This document shows positions 49,929 through 61,115 of a DNA stretch of 64,000 nt, piece after piece. Location of the stretch: positions 562,806 to 626,805 of the forward strand of contig NW_003314274.1 of NCBI RefSeq assembly GCF_000143415.4, in the 5' to 3' direction. Under the pieces are notes generated by a model. It was not told where the DNA came from. It saw only the letters and a program-made list of their open reading frames with translations, and made no database searches. Position 1 is the stretch's first letter. Each line of letters begins with the position of its first letter. A program made the position numbers and the translations under genes. This DNA is from Selaginella moellendorffii (lineage: Eukaryota; Plantae; Lycopodiophyta).

Positions 49929-50966
49929 ATGGATTTCTTTGAGCGATCGTCTTCCTGGAACTACGGCGCGATGAAGAATTTCCATCGCATCTCGGAGCCA
50001 GTCAAGCGCCATGTCCGCCAGGTAGGAATTCCCCTCTGTTCCTGCTGGAAATTGTTGAATCGATCGATCTTTCTTGCGTAGGTTTACTGGACAGTGGCGA
50101 TGGCGCTCATCGTATCGGCCGTGGGCGTCTATGCCCATATGCTGCTCAATATCGGTGGATTACTCACCACGTTTGGCTTCTTGGGGTGTAGTTTTGCCCT
50201 CATGAACACGTCCTCGAGCTACGCGGCACAGGTTAGACAAGGATCCTGGAGCTCAAATCGTTTTACTTTTGTGCTGATCGTTGCTTCTCAGGGGAAAAGA
50301 TGGACTTGGCTGATGGCAGCAGCGTTTTGCGAGGGAGCATCCCTTGGAAACTTCGTCGGGGCCGTGATTGAATTTGATCCCAGGTAGGCCCCAAAAATCC
50401 CTCTTTTCCTTTTGTCTTCGAGATTCATGGTTGGATTTCTCTCGCAGCATCCTTGTGACGGCTTTTGTAGCCACAGTGGCTGTTTTCGCATCGTTCTCTG
50501 GTGCCGCTCTCCTGGCAAAGCGACGGGAGTTCATGTTCTTGGGTGGAATTCTCGCGTCCGCCGCATCGTCCATGCTCACGCTACACTTCCTCTCGAGCTT
50601 CTTCGGTGGAGCCGCTCTCATGTTCGAAGTAGAGGTAAACACTCCTTGTCAATCGATTGCCTCGACTGATTCATGCTCTCTTTCGCAGCTGTATGGTGGC
50701 CTTCTACTCGTCGTTGGCTACGTGATCTTCGACACACAACTTATCATCGAGAGAGCTGAGAGGGGTGACATGGATCACATCAAACACGCACTGGATCTGT
50801 TCGTGGACTTCGTTGGCATTTTCGTTCGCGTTCTCTACATCTTGGTAAGCGTCCACACTCGTTTCCATTGGACCTAAAACTCTTTGTGGCGCAGACTCGC
50901 AAGGCGGCCGAGAGGGAATCCAGGGAAAAACGCCGGAACAGGCAGAGACACAGCTCAAGGTACTAG
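49929..50966 (+). CDS. BI-1: Bax inhibitor-1, multi-exon
   Basis: KNFHRISEPVKRHVRQ|VYWT; SILVTAFVAT; LAKRREFMFLGG; LYGGLLLVVGYVIFDTQLIIERAERGDMDHIKHALDLFVDFV; basic C-terminal tail; TAG at 50964-50966. Confidence 0.93.
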
Positions 50967-51362
50967 AAAGAATGGACACTACTGTAAATCCGGTACCTTG
51001 ACATGAAGCGTTTCACATAAATTGCTAGAAACTTTGCTTTTATCGTTGTATCAATCGATTGCTAGCGCTTTTCTAGTTCTTGGCCAGGAGCTTGTTGACA
51101 TAATCCTGGTGCCCGTTGGCGATGGCTGCTTTGCGGCCATCTCTACTGTCCCAAGAGGGCTCCATGAGGTTGATTCTGTCGGTTGTCTTTTTGTCGGCGG
51201 AGTGGAGCGTGGCTTCCAGGATGAGCAAATCCCACTGCGCGGGCCCAATGATGTTGTAAGCCAAAGAACTGATGCTGTTCCCTGGAAAAAGAAATGAGAG
51301 AGTCTCGTCAAAACTGCGAATTTTTTTTTATAAAAACCAAGCATCGCGAACATGCAAGCATG
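50926..51362. repeat. Left copy of a ~430-bp direct repeat (BI-1 3' end plus orphan duplicate of the Coa1 last exon, 51073-51283)
   Basis: Near-identical to 53717-54156. Confidence 0.92.
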
Positions 51363-51379
51363 GGCATTTTCTTGCGTAG

Positions 51380-52732
51380 GTTTACTGGACAGCAGAGATC
51401 CGCGAGAAAGGGGGACTCCTGTCCACCAGGAACGCTTCCCTCATGGAATTCCACTCGGTCTCCAAGATCAATAAGCTGGGAAGCATGGAGATCACGATGT
51501 GGGCTTTGGGATTCCTCTGCCTGGATGAGGCTCCAAGCTGCGTCAAGTTCACACCCGTGGTGCTCCAAGCGATCCCTGGTTCTTCCCCAAGCAAGTTGGG
51601 GTTTTTCAGCTTGTGGGAAGAGCAGGACGGCGGGATCCTGGCGAACTCGGTCGCGTCCAAAGTGCTGACCCTCGAGAATTGGAGCATGAGCAAGGAGAGT
51701 TTGAGTGGAATGAATCTGAGAAGCCTCGACGCCAAGCTCGATCTCTGCAAAGGCTTGGAACTTCATCCAGCGCATGACAGGAGCAACCAGGAATTATTGG
51801 GAGGTCTTGATCTGCAGAGCTTCGACGTGAAAACAGCCCCGGAAGCCGCGGGATTCAGGCTCAACGAGAGGGTGACAAGCATCACTCGACCAAACAGGCG
51901 CTTGTGTTTGCTGGGGATCGATGACAACACCACCGGATCATCTTTTAATTCCTCGTTGTCCTTCGACTTGCGAACCACGACGACACTGGTAGAAATCCTG
52001 GGCTCTTTCATGTCTCAAGTCAAGAATTCTTACATCCAAGCACAGAGCTCGGCGCTAGATCTCGAGCATCCCGGCACCGATTTCTGGGTGGCCGCGGTCG
52101 CGCTCCCCGGCGCATTCATCGCGGTCGTAGCTGCGGCGCAGCCTTTCATCAACTCCCAGCTCACGTTCTTCCCAAACTTGGTGAGATCACAGGGCTGGAA
52201 AACGGCACTTCTGTGTGTCAGTAACTCCGTGCTCGCTCTCGGCTCGTACTCGGCGATCATCACCGTGACTCCAGCCGAGATCCAGAGGCAGGAGAGACTG
52301 AGGACCTGGGGATTGCTTGCAGACCAGGTTCCAATCACGACCCGTGGGCTCCAAGTTTTGGTAGTCGTTAAGGGGGAATCAAGTTACAGATCGGACAGCC
52401 TCTTGCTTGTGTGGTGTTCCACCGCCGTGCTTGTTCCTGTCATCGCCTGGATGACGTTTTGCAGGTGCAAACAAGTGTTTTACGTGAGGAGGATGCTCAA
52501 ACTCTTGGCTGAGCTGGAACCTGAACGCTACGACGCCGACGAAAGCAATGACGAGAGACTTGATGACCTGCGAGCCATTGAGATGGGTTCCGTGGAGCAG
52601 CAGCAACTCGAGAAGAGGCTTGCAAAGATGAACGCCATGCATGGGACGAGCATGGTGACATCTGTTAAATCACTGGCTCGCCAAAGACAATCCTTAACAC
52701 GTAGGCATTCATGTACGAGGCAAAATGCGTAA
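51380..52732 (+). CDS. Orphan membrane protein, cassette copy 3; 5'-truncated, preceded by a copied BI-1 acceptor, frame open to the stop
   Basis: Reads VYWT-AEIREKGGLL... through to the stop at 52732; lacks the first ~87 codons, signal peptide and promoter. Confidence 0.6.
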   Translation, partial: VYWTAEIREKGGLLSTRNASLMEFHSVSKINKLGSMEITMWALGFLCLDEAPSCVKFTPVVLQAIPGSSPSKLGFFSLWEEQDGGILANSVASKVLTLENWSMSKESLSGMNLRSLDAKLDLCKGLELHPAHDRSNQELLGGLDLQSFDVKTAPEAAGFRLNERVTSITRPNRRLCLLGIDDNTTGSSFNSSLSFDLRTTTTLVEILGSFMSQVKNSYIQAQSSALDLEHPGTDFWVAAVALPGAFIAVVAAAQPFINSQLTFFPNLVRSQGWKTALLCVSNSVLALGSYSAIITVTPAEIQRQERLRTWGLLADQVPITTRGLQVLVVVKGESSYRSDSLLLVWCSTAVLVPVIAWMTFCRCKQVFYVRRMLKLLAELEPERYDADESNDERLDDLRAIEMGSVEQQQLEKRLAKMNAMHGTSMVTSVKSLARQRQSLTRRHSCTRQNA

Positions 52733-53048
52733 CATCGAAATCTAACTTGTAGAATATTCTTCAAGCTCCTACCCTCTCGAAATTCTTTAAACGGCTTCTA
52801 CAACTGCTGTGGAATCTGCTAACCACCAACAGAATGTGGTATTTGCTGGTACGACTGTTGAACTAGAACTTTTGACTTCAGAAAACGAATGCATTTTCAT
52901 CCAAGGCCACTACATTTGCTGGGCAGTACTAATTATAATTTCTCAGATTGTGCCATGGCTGTAGTTTTATGACTTCAAAATTGATTTTTCTCTCTTCAGA
53001 TTTCCCTATAAACTTGATTTTTCATTAGGGTTAAATAACGTAATTGTG

Positions 53049-53716
53049 ATGGCTTTCCCTTTCCTCTCGCCGCCGCGCCGTGTGCATATCCATCCGCCAG
53101 ATGAAGTGGGATTGGAGGAGGCAACGTTAATCAAAAGGGGAAGAGCGTTCAGGCCCGTGCCAGACGATCTAGCTGATGAAGGGGCGTTTGCAACATGGCT
53201 CCAGAAAAATCTCCCCTTGGTGAATGCCATGTTTACCCCCTATGGCTGGATGGGGATTGTAGAGTTGCAAGGGCGCAATGATCCACTTCCTCCTGAGTTC
53301 ACTGTCCATTTGCGTGAAGCTCACCCAGTTGAAGGTAAGGGTTTGTTTGTACGGGTCTCCCCTCTTTGCGGCTTGATGTTTTCCTTGATTCTGGTGATGG
53401 CGCCTTTAGTCGGTGGCCATGGCATGGTTGGCTGTGGCATTGTAACTGGTGGTTGCTGTTTGCTGACTAAATTCTATGTTGTGCTTATGATGCAGTACCG
53501 AATTTGGTGCCCTTTTCCGATGTGGTTTGCGACTTCACGCTTCCGTTCAGAGGTCGAGACGGCCTCGTGCAGAAGCTCGCACAGACGATTGACGACCTTC
53601 ACAACTTTCGCATCTAGCGGGATTAGCAGAGAGCAGGCACTCTTCATCACTCTGGAGGGCCTTGCTGGAGTGGGGAAGACTCGATTCCTTTTAGAGACCA
53701 AGGAGCATGTTGGAGA
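53049..53716 (+). pseudogene. Truncated header-NTPase gene, cassette copy 3
   Basis: Intact header exon MAFPFLSPPRRVHIH...EFTVHLREAHPVE; a 2-nt deletion before FTTF; Walker A retained; cut off about 20 codons later. Confidence 0.85.
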
Positions 53717-54156
53717 GGAAACGCCGTAACAGGCAGAGACACAGCTCAAGGTACTAGAAAGAATGGACACTACTGTAAATCCGGTACCTTTACATGAAGC
53801 GCTTCACGTAAATTGCTAGAAACTTTGCTTTTATCGTGGTATCAATCGGCTTTTCTAGTTCTTGGCCAGGAGCTTGTTGACATAATCCTGGTGCCCGTTG
53901 GCGATGGCTGCTTTGCGGCCATCTCTACTGTCCCAAGAGGGCTCCATGAGGTTGATTCTATCGGTTGTCTTTTTGTCGGCGGAGTGGAGCGTGGCTTCCA
54001 GGATGAGCAAATCCCACTGCGCGGGCCCAATGATGTTGTAAGCCAAAGAACTGATGCTGTTCCCTGGAAAAAAAAAAAGAGAGAGTACCGTCAAAACTGC
54101 GAATTTTTTTTATAAAAACCAAGCATCGCGAACATGAAGTAGCATCCAGCAAGCAT
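53717..54156. repeat. Right copy of the ~430-bp direct repeat
   Basis: Near-identical to 50926-51362; contains the functional Coa1 last exon. Confidence 0.92.
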
Positions 54157-55008
54157 GAAAGACTGAAGAGTAGATCAACTCACACACACGAAAGCTATCA
54201 AATTTTATCAAAGATCCGAACACAGTCAGGAAAAGAGATCCTAAAATCCGAGAGAAAAGGAAGTTCTCACGCAGCAAGGAAGCAAAACTAGGATTCATGG
54301 AAGAATAAAAAATCCTGGACCAAACTATGATCTCGAGAAAGCTATCGAGTTTTAGCATCAAAGCAAAAGAGATTCCAAATCACAAGTTTACAAGGACAAG
54401 AAGATCTAGAAAATTCGAGCGCAACAAAGAAATCAAGGCACGAATCGCGGCCAAGAGATACTTACCTTCACGAACAGCTCTCAACTTGACGCTGCCAAGC
54501 GATCCATGATCGCCATAGACTGGAAATGTGCACGACACGGCCTTTTTTTGAAGGGCGGAGCCAAGCGAGGCCTCATACCACGAGCCTTGCTTGAATCCCT
54601 CGCCAAGGAAGCTCTTCATCCGTGGATCTTCCGCCGCTACTTCCATTGCCTTGCTACACAGGCAACACACACAAAGATCTCAGCCAAGAAAGAGAAAAGG
54701 AAGAGAGGAATTCCCAATCCTCCAAAAAACCTGCTGCATTTCTTGTAGATGAGAACATCGTCGAGAATGCTGAAAGCCAGCGCTGCGGTAGCGCCATAGA
54801 TGAGAACTCCGCCTCCAATCCACGCGATTTGCTCCACTCTCTCGCCGGGAGCCCTAGATAGAACAACGAGACGATCGATGGATCGGTCGATCGGGCGCAA
54901 TGCGGCGACGAGCTACAGAGATTCTTACCGGGCGGCGGTGGAGGACATCGATCGGCAGCGGCATGGCGATCGGCCAAGCGCGCCGCGCAAGAGATTCACT
55001 CGTCTCAT
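53855..55008 (-). CDS. Coa1-domain protein (cytochrome c oxidase assembly), mitochondrial, multi-exon
   Basis: Arg-rich presequence MRRVNLLRGALGRS...; single TM segment; KQGSWYEASL...VSCTFPVYG...VKLRAVREG; WDLLILEA. Confidence 0.78.
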
Positions 55009-55051
55009 TCTTTCTTAAAGCCCTAACAAATTCTCTGTCCAACAAAACACT

Positions 55052-57582
55052 CTAGTTTTCTTTGTTACATTTTATAAGAGGCTCTTTTTGCCTTTCCTGT
55101 TCCTCGCTTGGAAAGCTATACGACAATGAAAAACACTGTGAGAAGGATCAAACTAAACGAGATCCCCGGAAGAACAAAAGAAAAGAAAAAATAAAAAGAG
55201 AAAAGATCTAATCGAACAAACCTGTTGGTGGTACTTGGTTCGCATTTTCATCGCTGCTCGAACACACGAGCGCACTTGGATCTTGAGCTGGATCTCGTTA
55301 AACATCTAGCACGGGGAAGAAAACCATCAAACGATTGTCAAGAGGAAAGAGTTTGAGCAGCATTGTCACCTTGATCACGTCATCCATGGAGCGTGCTTCC
55401 TTGAGGAACTTCTCGCGGTTGATAACAACGATGGCAGCGACCACAAACACGGAGATCTCACTGTCCCCGTTCCTCCCAAAGCTCATCCCGGAGCGTATCC
55501 TGTGACGGCCAAAGTTTGGCCACGAAGTTACGAGCCCGCAGAGCGGACTCTTGGATTCGTAGGTGATCTTGCTGCTCTGCGAGAGTGGATCCTCCGAGGC
55601 TGGCAGGGGACTTGTGAACGGCGAGATTTTCGTCCAGTAGTAGTCCATGCAGTCGTCTTCCTGGATCCTTTCCAGCAGTGATCTTGACGGTGGCTTGATT
55701 TGGAGAGGTTCTAGAGGCTCGCTCTCAAACGACCATAGCATGGCATGGTCGAAATCAGCAGCCCACATCATCTGAAGGAAAAAAAGAAAAAAGAAAGACT
55801 TGAGATGGACACTTGAAGAGTTCCTAGTCAACGTACCTCCCACATGCAAAGCGTTTCTTCGAAAGAAAGCTCACGTCGAAAATGAAGCAGCAGCATACGG
55901 AAGGCAAATAGAAAATTGTCTGCCCCGATAAGAGTCAAATGCCGGAAGACGCGTGCGTCGATCAGCTCTAAGATTTTGGGCAGGGCTTCTAGTTGCCGCA
56001 TCACACCCGTTGGCCCCTCCATTTGGAAGTTTTGTCGCTGTCAATTTCTAGATTAGCTTAACTTGTTAAGAAAACCAAGCAGACCATACCATTCTCCTCA
56101 GGAGGCTCTCAAAGCACCAAAACGCGTCTGCATCATCCTCGAAGAGAATCACAAAAGGTGAGAGCAAGTCGCTCATTCCTGAAAGAAAACTTGGAAATTA
56201 AGCTACCTGAAAGCTATCAGAACGGCAGATATGAGAAAATGTACCTTGGCAGTAGCCAGTTTCAGGATCAATCCACGCGTAGATGGCCAGGATATCAGAC
56301 ATGCGCGCCATGTTTCTCGAGTCATCGTAGAACTCCAAGTGGCGATCAGTTCTCACGACGTCGATCACTGCAAGACCATCACATGAAGTGACTCTTGTGT
56401 GGAAGAGGAAGTGGTCACTTACAAACAGACTGGATTCGTGGCTTCACCTATTTTATGCAACGTCCACAGCCACTCCGCGGTGCGCTCTTCGGTGGCAGCA
56501 GCCCCTTGAAATGGAACTGAATTTGGTGATAGCATCCCAGCAGGCCCACCAGAGATGTTCCTTCCTGTATCCAGAGCTCTCTTCACCCTGCTGAAGTTTT
56601 CATGTCTGTCCCTGTTGGTCCAAATCCTTGTGGAGCTTCTCCCAACCTCTATCGGACTCTGATGGAAAAACTTGAAATGCAAAACGTTTGGACTGTTGGG
56701 ACCGATACGACCGGGAGAGTGATCCGAGTTAGAAGGTTCGTTGTCAGCGTGGAGCAGCAGTGTCTTGAGAGGCAGGCCTCCAGCTTTTGACCCGGCGTTC
56801 ATCTCGTAAGACTCCATACCAGTTCCTGAACTGAGCGAAGCATCTTTCTCCAGGCTTGGACTTTGCAAAGCAGTGAAGCTGAAAGAGTCAAGAGATTCGT
56901 CCACGGCACTGGCGCTGTTTCCTTTTGTCTCGTAATGCGTAGAGTCTACAGTGATCTGCTCAGGAGCACCTTGCCTTGATGTCCGAGCATCCATGATCTT
57001 GGATCCAACATTGTAGGCAAGAGTTCCTGTCCCGATACTGACATGCATCGTCCGGCATTTCTCGATCAACTCCTTGTATCGTTTCCTACAGTGGCACTTC
57101 TTAAGAACTTTCCATTCACGAAAGAACACTAACATGAACGAACCTGCGTGCGATACGAGTCTCCATACGGTGATCCCATGTCGTTCCCACACCATAAGAT
57201 CCCAGCAAAAACTCCCAGACTTCGCATCTGATCGAATTATCCACTCCCTGTTTTGACACCAAGCATCAATTTCCAGCATTTATTTGCTAGATTATCATCA
57301 AAAAAGCTTACCCCCAATCTAATGAGCTTCAAAACTTTGGAGAAGCCAACGACCTTTCCATCCTTGTCGAACGCCGATTTCCATCTCTCCGGCTTCAAAC
57401 GATGCGATGCCTGTCTCTCCTACAAGCAAGCAACAAAGAAAAAAATTCCAAAAACTCCGCAACACTCAAAGAAATATCTCGACCTGAGCTCGCGCGCGAG
57501 CGTTCTTGCCACTCCCCAGAGATTCCGAGCCATTGCTACTCTCATCCGGGTGTGCGCCTCCAATCCGGCCTAAGGCGCGCAT
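55052..57582 (-). CDS. TBC-domain Rab GTPase-activating protein, multi-exon
   Basis: LKPERWKSAFDKDG; IRSDAKSG region; VIDVVRTD; YAWIDPETGYCQGMSDL; DDADAFWCFE; LFAFRMLLLHFRRELSF; MWAADFD. Last exon and stop uncertain. Confidence 0.85.
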
Positions 57583-58017
57583 AATTTCTCACCGATCCAG
57601 CAAAATGCCGCCAGAGCTCTCGCTCATTGGAAGAAATCCGCTAGCAGCGCTTGCGATCGCCGCAACGCACCTCTCCAAGGACGCTCAAAAGCCCTAGGGA
57701 GCTTCCCATGCTTTCAGCCGGCAGACGCATTCTCTGCACATTATATAAACTTTGGCAATAGTTTGGAATCGAACCCGTGACCGCCCCATGTGAGCGTGTA
57801 AGACAAAAGCATCGAAGGATCACATGTCTCACCACTAAACAAACGTTTGTGATTATGGCGTTTTGCGCAAACTTGGATATAAAATTTTTCCTTTCTAAAA
57901 CATCGCTCACTCAGATTGTACAAGAAGAAAATGTAAATCGTTGTCAATGGTTTGTGTTTCTTTGTTTTTGCCACCTATCTATGCCTGGAAAGTTTGAGCA
58001 AAGTTACACACAAGAGT

Positions 58018-60025
58018 CTAAAGCTGCGAGCACAAACTTGCCTTTTTTTCTTGGGGCTTGCCGAGCTCGATCTGGACGGAAATGTTGGCTTTGGATAGAT
58101 CCAGTCCACTGCTGTGCAATGCGCTTGTGAGAGCTTCGAGCAGCCTATAAAAACATGGATAAAAGTCACCAAGAAAGCAAAAGAAAACGAGCGAGCGAGC
58201 TCGGAGTTTCTTACCCCTGAGAATACGCGGTCGACAAACTGATCAGTCCCTGCTTGATGGGAAGCTCGTTGCTAGACCCCTGTTGCTGTTGCGCTGTTGC
58301 CGTTTCCACAGGAGTGGATTGTCTCGAGGCATCGTTTGCTTGTCGCTGTGACTCGGAAGACCTTTCTCCTGTTTTTTCTCTCGTGTTTGTCGCGTCTAAG
58401 TTCTCCACAGCCGGTGCGCTCGTAGAAGCTAACGGAGACATGGCTGGTCGTGATGGAGCTTGGCCAACTTGTCTTCCCATAGCTCGACTAGTCGTTGCTC
58501 CAAAGGATCTAGATTTCCCGTCCTCGAGTAACGCACACTTATCCCTGCTACTGTCGGGGACTTCTTTCAAGCTTGTGCTCTGGAAACAAATAAAAAATTA
58601 TGGAGGTTACAAACGTCACAAGATCAAAGCAAAGGTCCACCGTACCGACTTAACATCCCATGGCACAGGCTTCAACCTCTCCTGATATCTTCCTTTCTCC
58701 GACGCCTCAAACTTCTTTACTCTTTCTTGCAAAGACTGTACGTACTCTATCACCTGCGCGAGGAGTTTGGTACATCTAACGCATATAAAAAAAAGCTTTG
58801 AAAGGGAACCGCTACCTCCAACAGAAAAGAGGCCTTGTCCCTCTTTTGATCTCCGTGGGGCAGCAAATCGCGAAGCATTTGAAACCTGAAAAACCAGCTC
58901 CACTTGTCAGGGACACTTACACAAAGTGAGTGCTTCTCAACCTGTCATTTATTTTGCTGCGTCGCCTTTGCTCGGTGGCAGAGTGCTTGGACCTGGATGT
59001 GTTGCTTTTCACGTCGATGCTCCTGGAATTTATATCTTCTGCCGAACAGACAGAGGATGTAGAAAACTGAGAAAAGTTTGCTAAAAAACGTACCCCTGCT
59101 CGCTGCCTCTCCCCTGTGAATCTTTTTCCTTTCCTCGCTATCGTTGTCGTCGCCCTCCGATTGAGCGGACCTCGGTCGTTTGTTTGCGCTGCTCACATGG
59201 CCCTGCTGCCAGTGCCTAGTTATAAAACACTCTACATGAATGCCACGCTTATAGAGCTGTCAATCCTTTGTTTAGTACCTGCTTACACCCACGGCTCCGT
59301 GGTGGTTCGCTTCCAATCCATTTTTTGGGAACAGCGGATGCGGATGATCGATAAATCCATACTGCATTTGGAGATGCATTCGTGATGAACAGCTTTCTTG
59401 GGATCAAACGAAAAACAAGTTAAAACAAGGCAAGACAATCGAGGATGGATATATAATGGAATATAGTACCTTTGGCAGGAGAAGAATCAAGAACCATTTG
59501 CTCGTTTCGTTCGCTCCTGGAAGACAGCTGAAGTGGGATGTCACCATTCGCAACCGGTGCTGGGACCTTGGCAGCTACATTTCCGTTTGCTCCTCTTTCT
59601 AACGGCTGTAGAAAGTCTTGCGTTGCGAGAGAACCAAATGCCCCTGTAGAGAAAAGAATAGCCAGTCTTGCTTCAATCAATGAAACATACTGCCATACCT
59701 CTACTGGGACCTTGCTCATAAGCTGGCACTTGCAAAAACCGTGGAGAGGGAGCCGGAGCAATCTTCTTGCAGGAATCCGGGGCAAATCCACCGGGGGCAC
59801 CTTCAAAACGAGAAAATTCATCCAGCGCCAAAGAACAAGAAGTCGGAGGGAGGAAATCTCCTCACCTTGTGGCTGCCTGAGCCTCCCGAATTGCTCGTAA
59901 CCTAATCCAAACTCCGTCGCGTAAGAGGATCCCGCGGCCGCGGCCATGATCGCTGGAGGCGCCGGCAAATCCAGCTCCTTCTTCACAATCTCGATCGCGC
60001 CGGCGGCTCCCGGAGCTTGTGACAT
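58018..60025 (-). CDS. bHLH transcription factor, BIM (BES1-interacting Myc-like) group, multi-exon
   Basis: [10 protein letters not shown]; [53 protein letters not shown]; [39 protein letters not shown]. 3' end uncertain. Confidence 0.88.
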
Positions 60026-60204
60026 CACATTTCTCGAAATCTAGGCGCGGAATCGATCAGATCTTGCGCCTAGCCCCTCCAATTCGCTCGCGATCCCGCT
60101 CAAAGCCTGCCATGGCCGCGGGCGAAATTAGGGCAATGCGGCAATCGTGAGAGAGCGCAACAAGAAGAAGAGCACCGCATCTTGCTTGGCGCTGGTGCTG
60201 ACAG

Positions 60205-60730
60205 GCGAGCCATGTGCACGAGGGGTGGCCCTCGCTTATCAGCGCACGCAAACGCTAATACGCCAGATTAACAATGGGCGCTTGTACGGCATCCTGTGGC
60301 TGGAACACGGGTGTGAAAGTGGCCACGTGGGCGGGGGCGTGACTGTCTGACGTGCGCCGTACAAAGCGCGCGCCCGTCCTATGGACCGACCACTTCGCGT
60401 GAGGCACGTGCTGCTGACTCGACAATGTGGTGACCATTGGGCCCAGCTTTTTGGGCCAGTCCCTCTTCATGCTCAAATTCACCCCTTTTACCGCGGCAAA
60501 TGTAACTAATTTGTGGACCGCCACCACGCCGCCACCACTTTTTACTGTTTTTACATGCCAAAGCTACATGGAGTTTGGTGGGCGGGCTGGCATAGGCTGG
60601 GCCAGGCCAGCGTCGTACACTGACACCGTACACATGTGGCCAGGCACCCGCGTCATGTGACCCGTCACGCGCGCCGGCTTTGCGGAACCGCCGCGCGATC
60701 GTGGCTGCCCGTTCCGCGAACATGTGACAC
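60205..60730. promoter_or_regulatory. GC-rich BIM upstream region with clustered G-/E-boxes
   Basis: CACGTG at 60324 and 60405; CATGTG at 60211, 60633, 60654 and 60721; CGTGCG at 60351; several TGGGCC. Confidence 0.5.
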
Positions 60731-61115
60731 GGACGGATATACCACTGGCTCTTTTCAAAAAAGCTGTGCGTGGTCCCAATGGGGGGAGACTACATTCTTT
60801 CTGGGACATTGATGGCAGGCAGCGTCTCCTCGTTAAAATAAAGGAGAGGTCTCCTGTGCGAGCGACGTGGAGAGCTTACGCACACGAAATGGAGAAATGC
60901 CGGCGAAAGAAGCTAAACAATATGATTTTTCCCATACCATATGTGGGCTTATCACTGTTGCCACTTTAATAGTACACATTGCTGTGGAGCTGCTCCTACA
61001 AAACTGGATTATTTTTTTTCAACCGTACTTATTCAATGAATAACTTGACCAATTCGTACTGTACACCTTCACTTTGCTCGTTTCGCGTCATAACATATCG
61101 CTGGATGCTTTGCGC

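Noticed and set aside
51073-51283. Apparent small independent gene on the minus strand
   Set aside because: It is an orphan duplicate of the Coa1 last exon with no upstream exons of its own.
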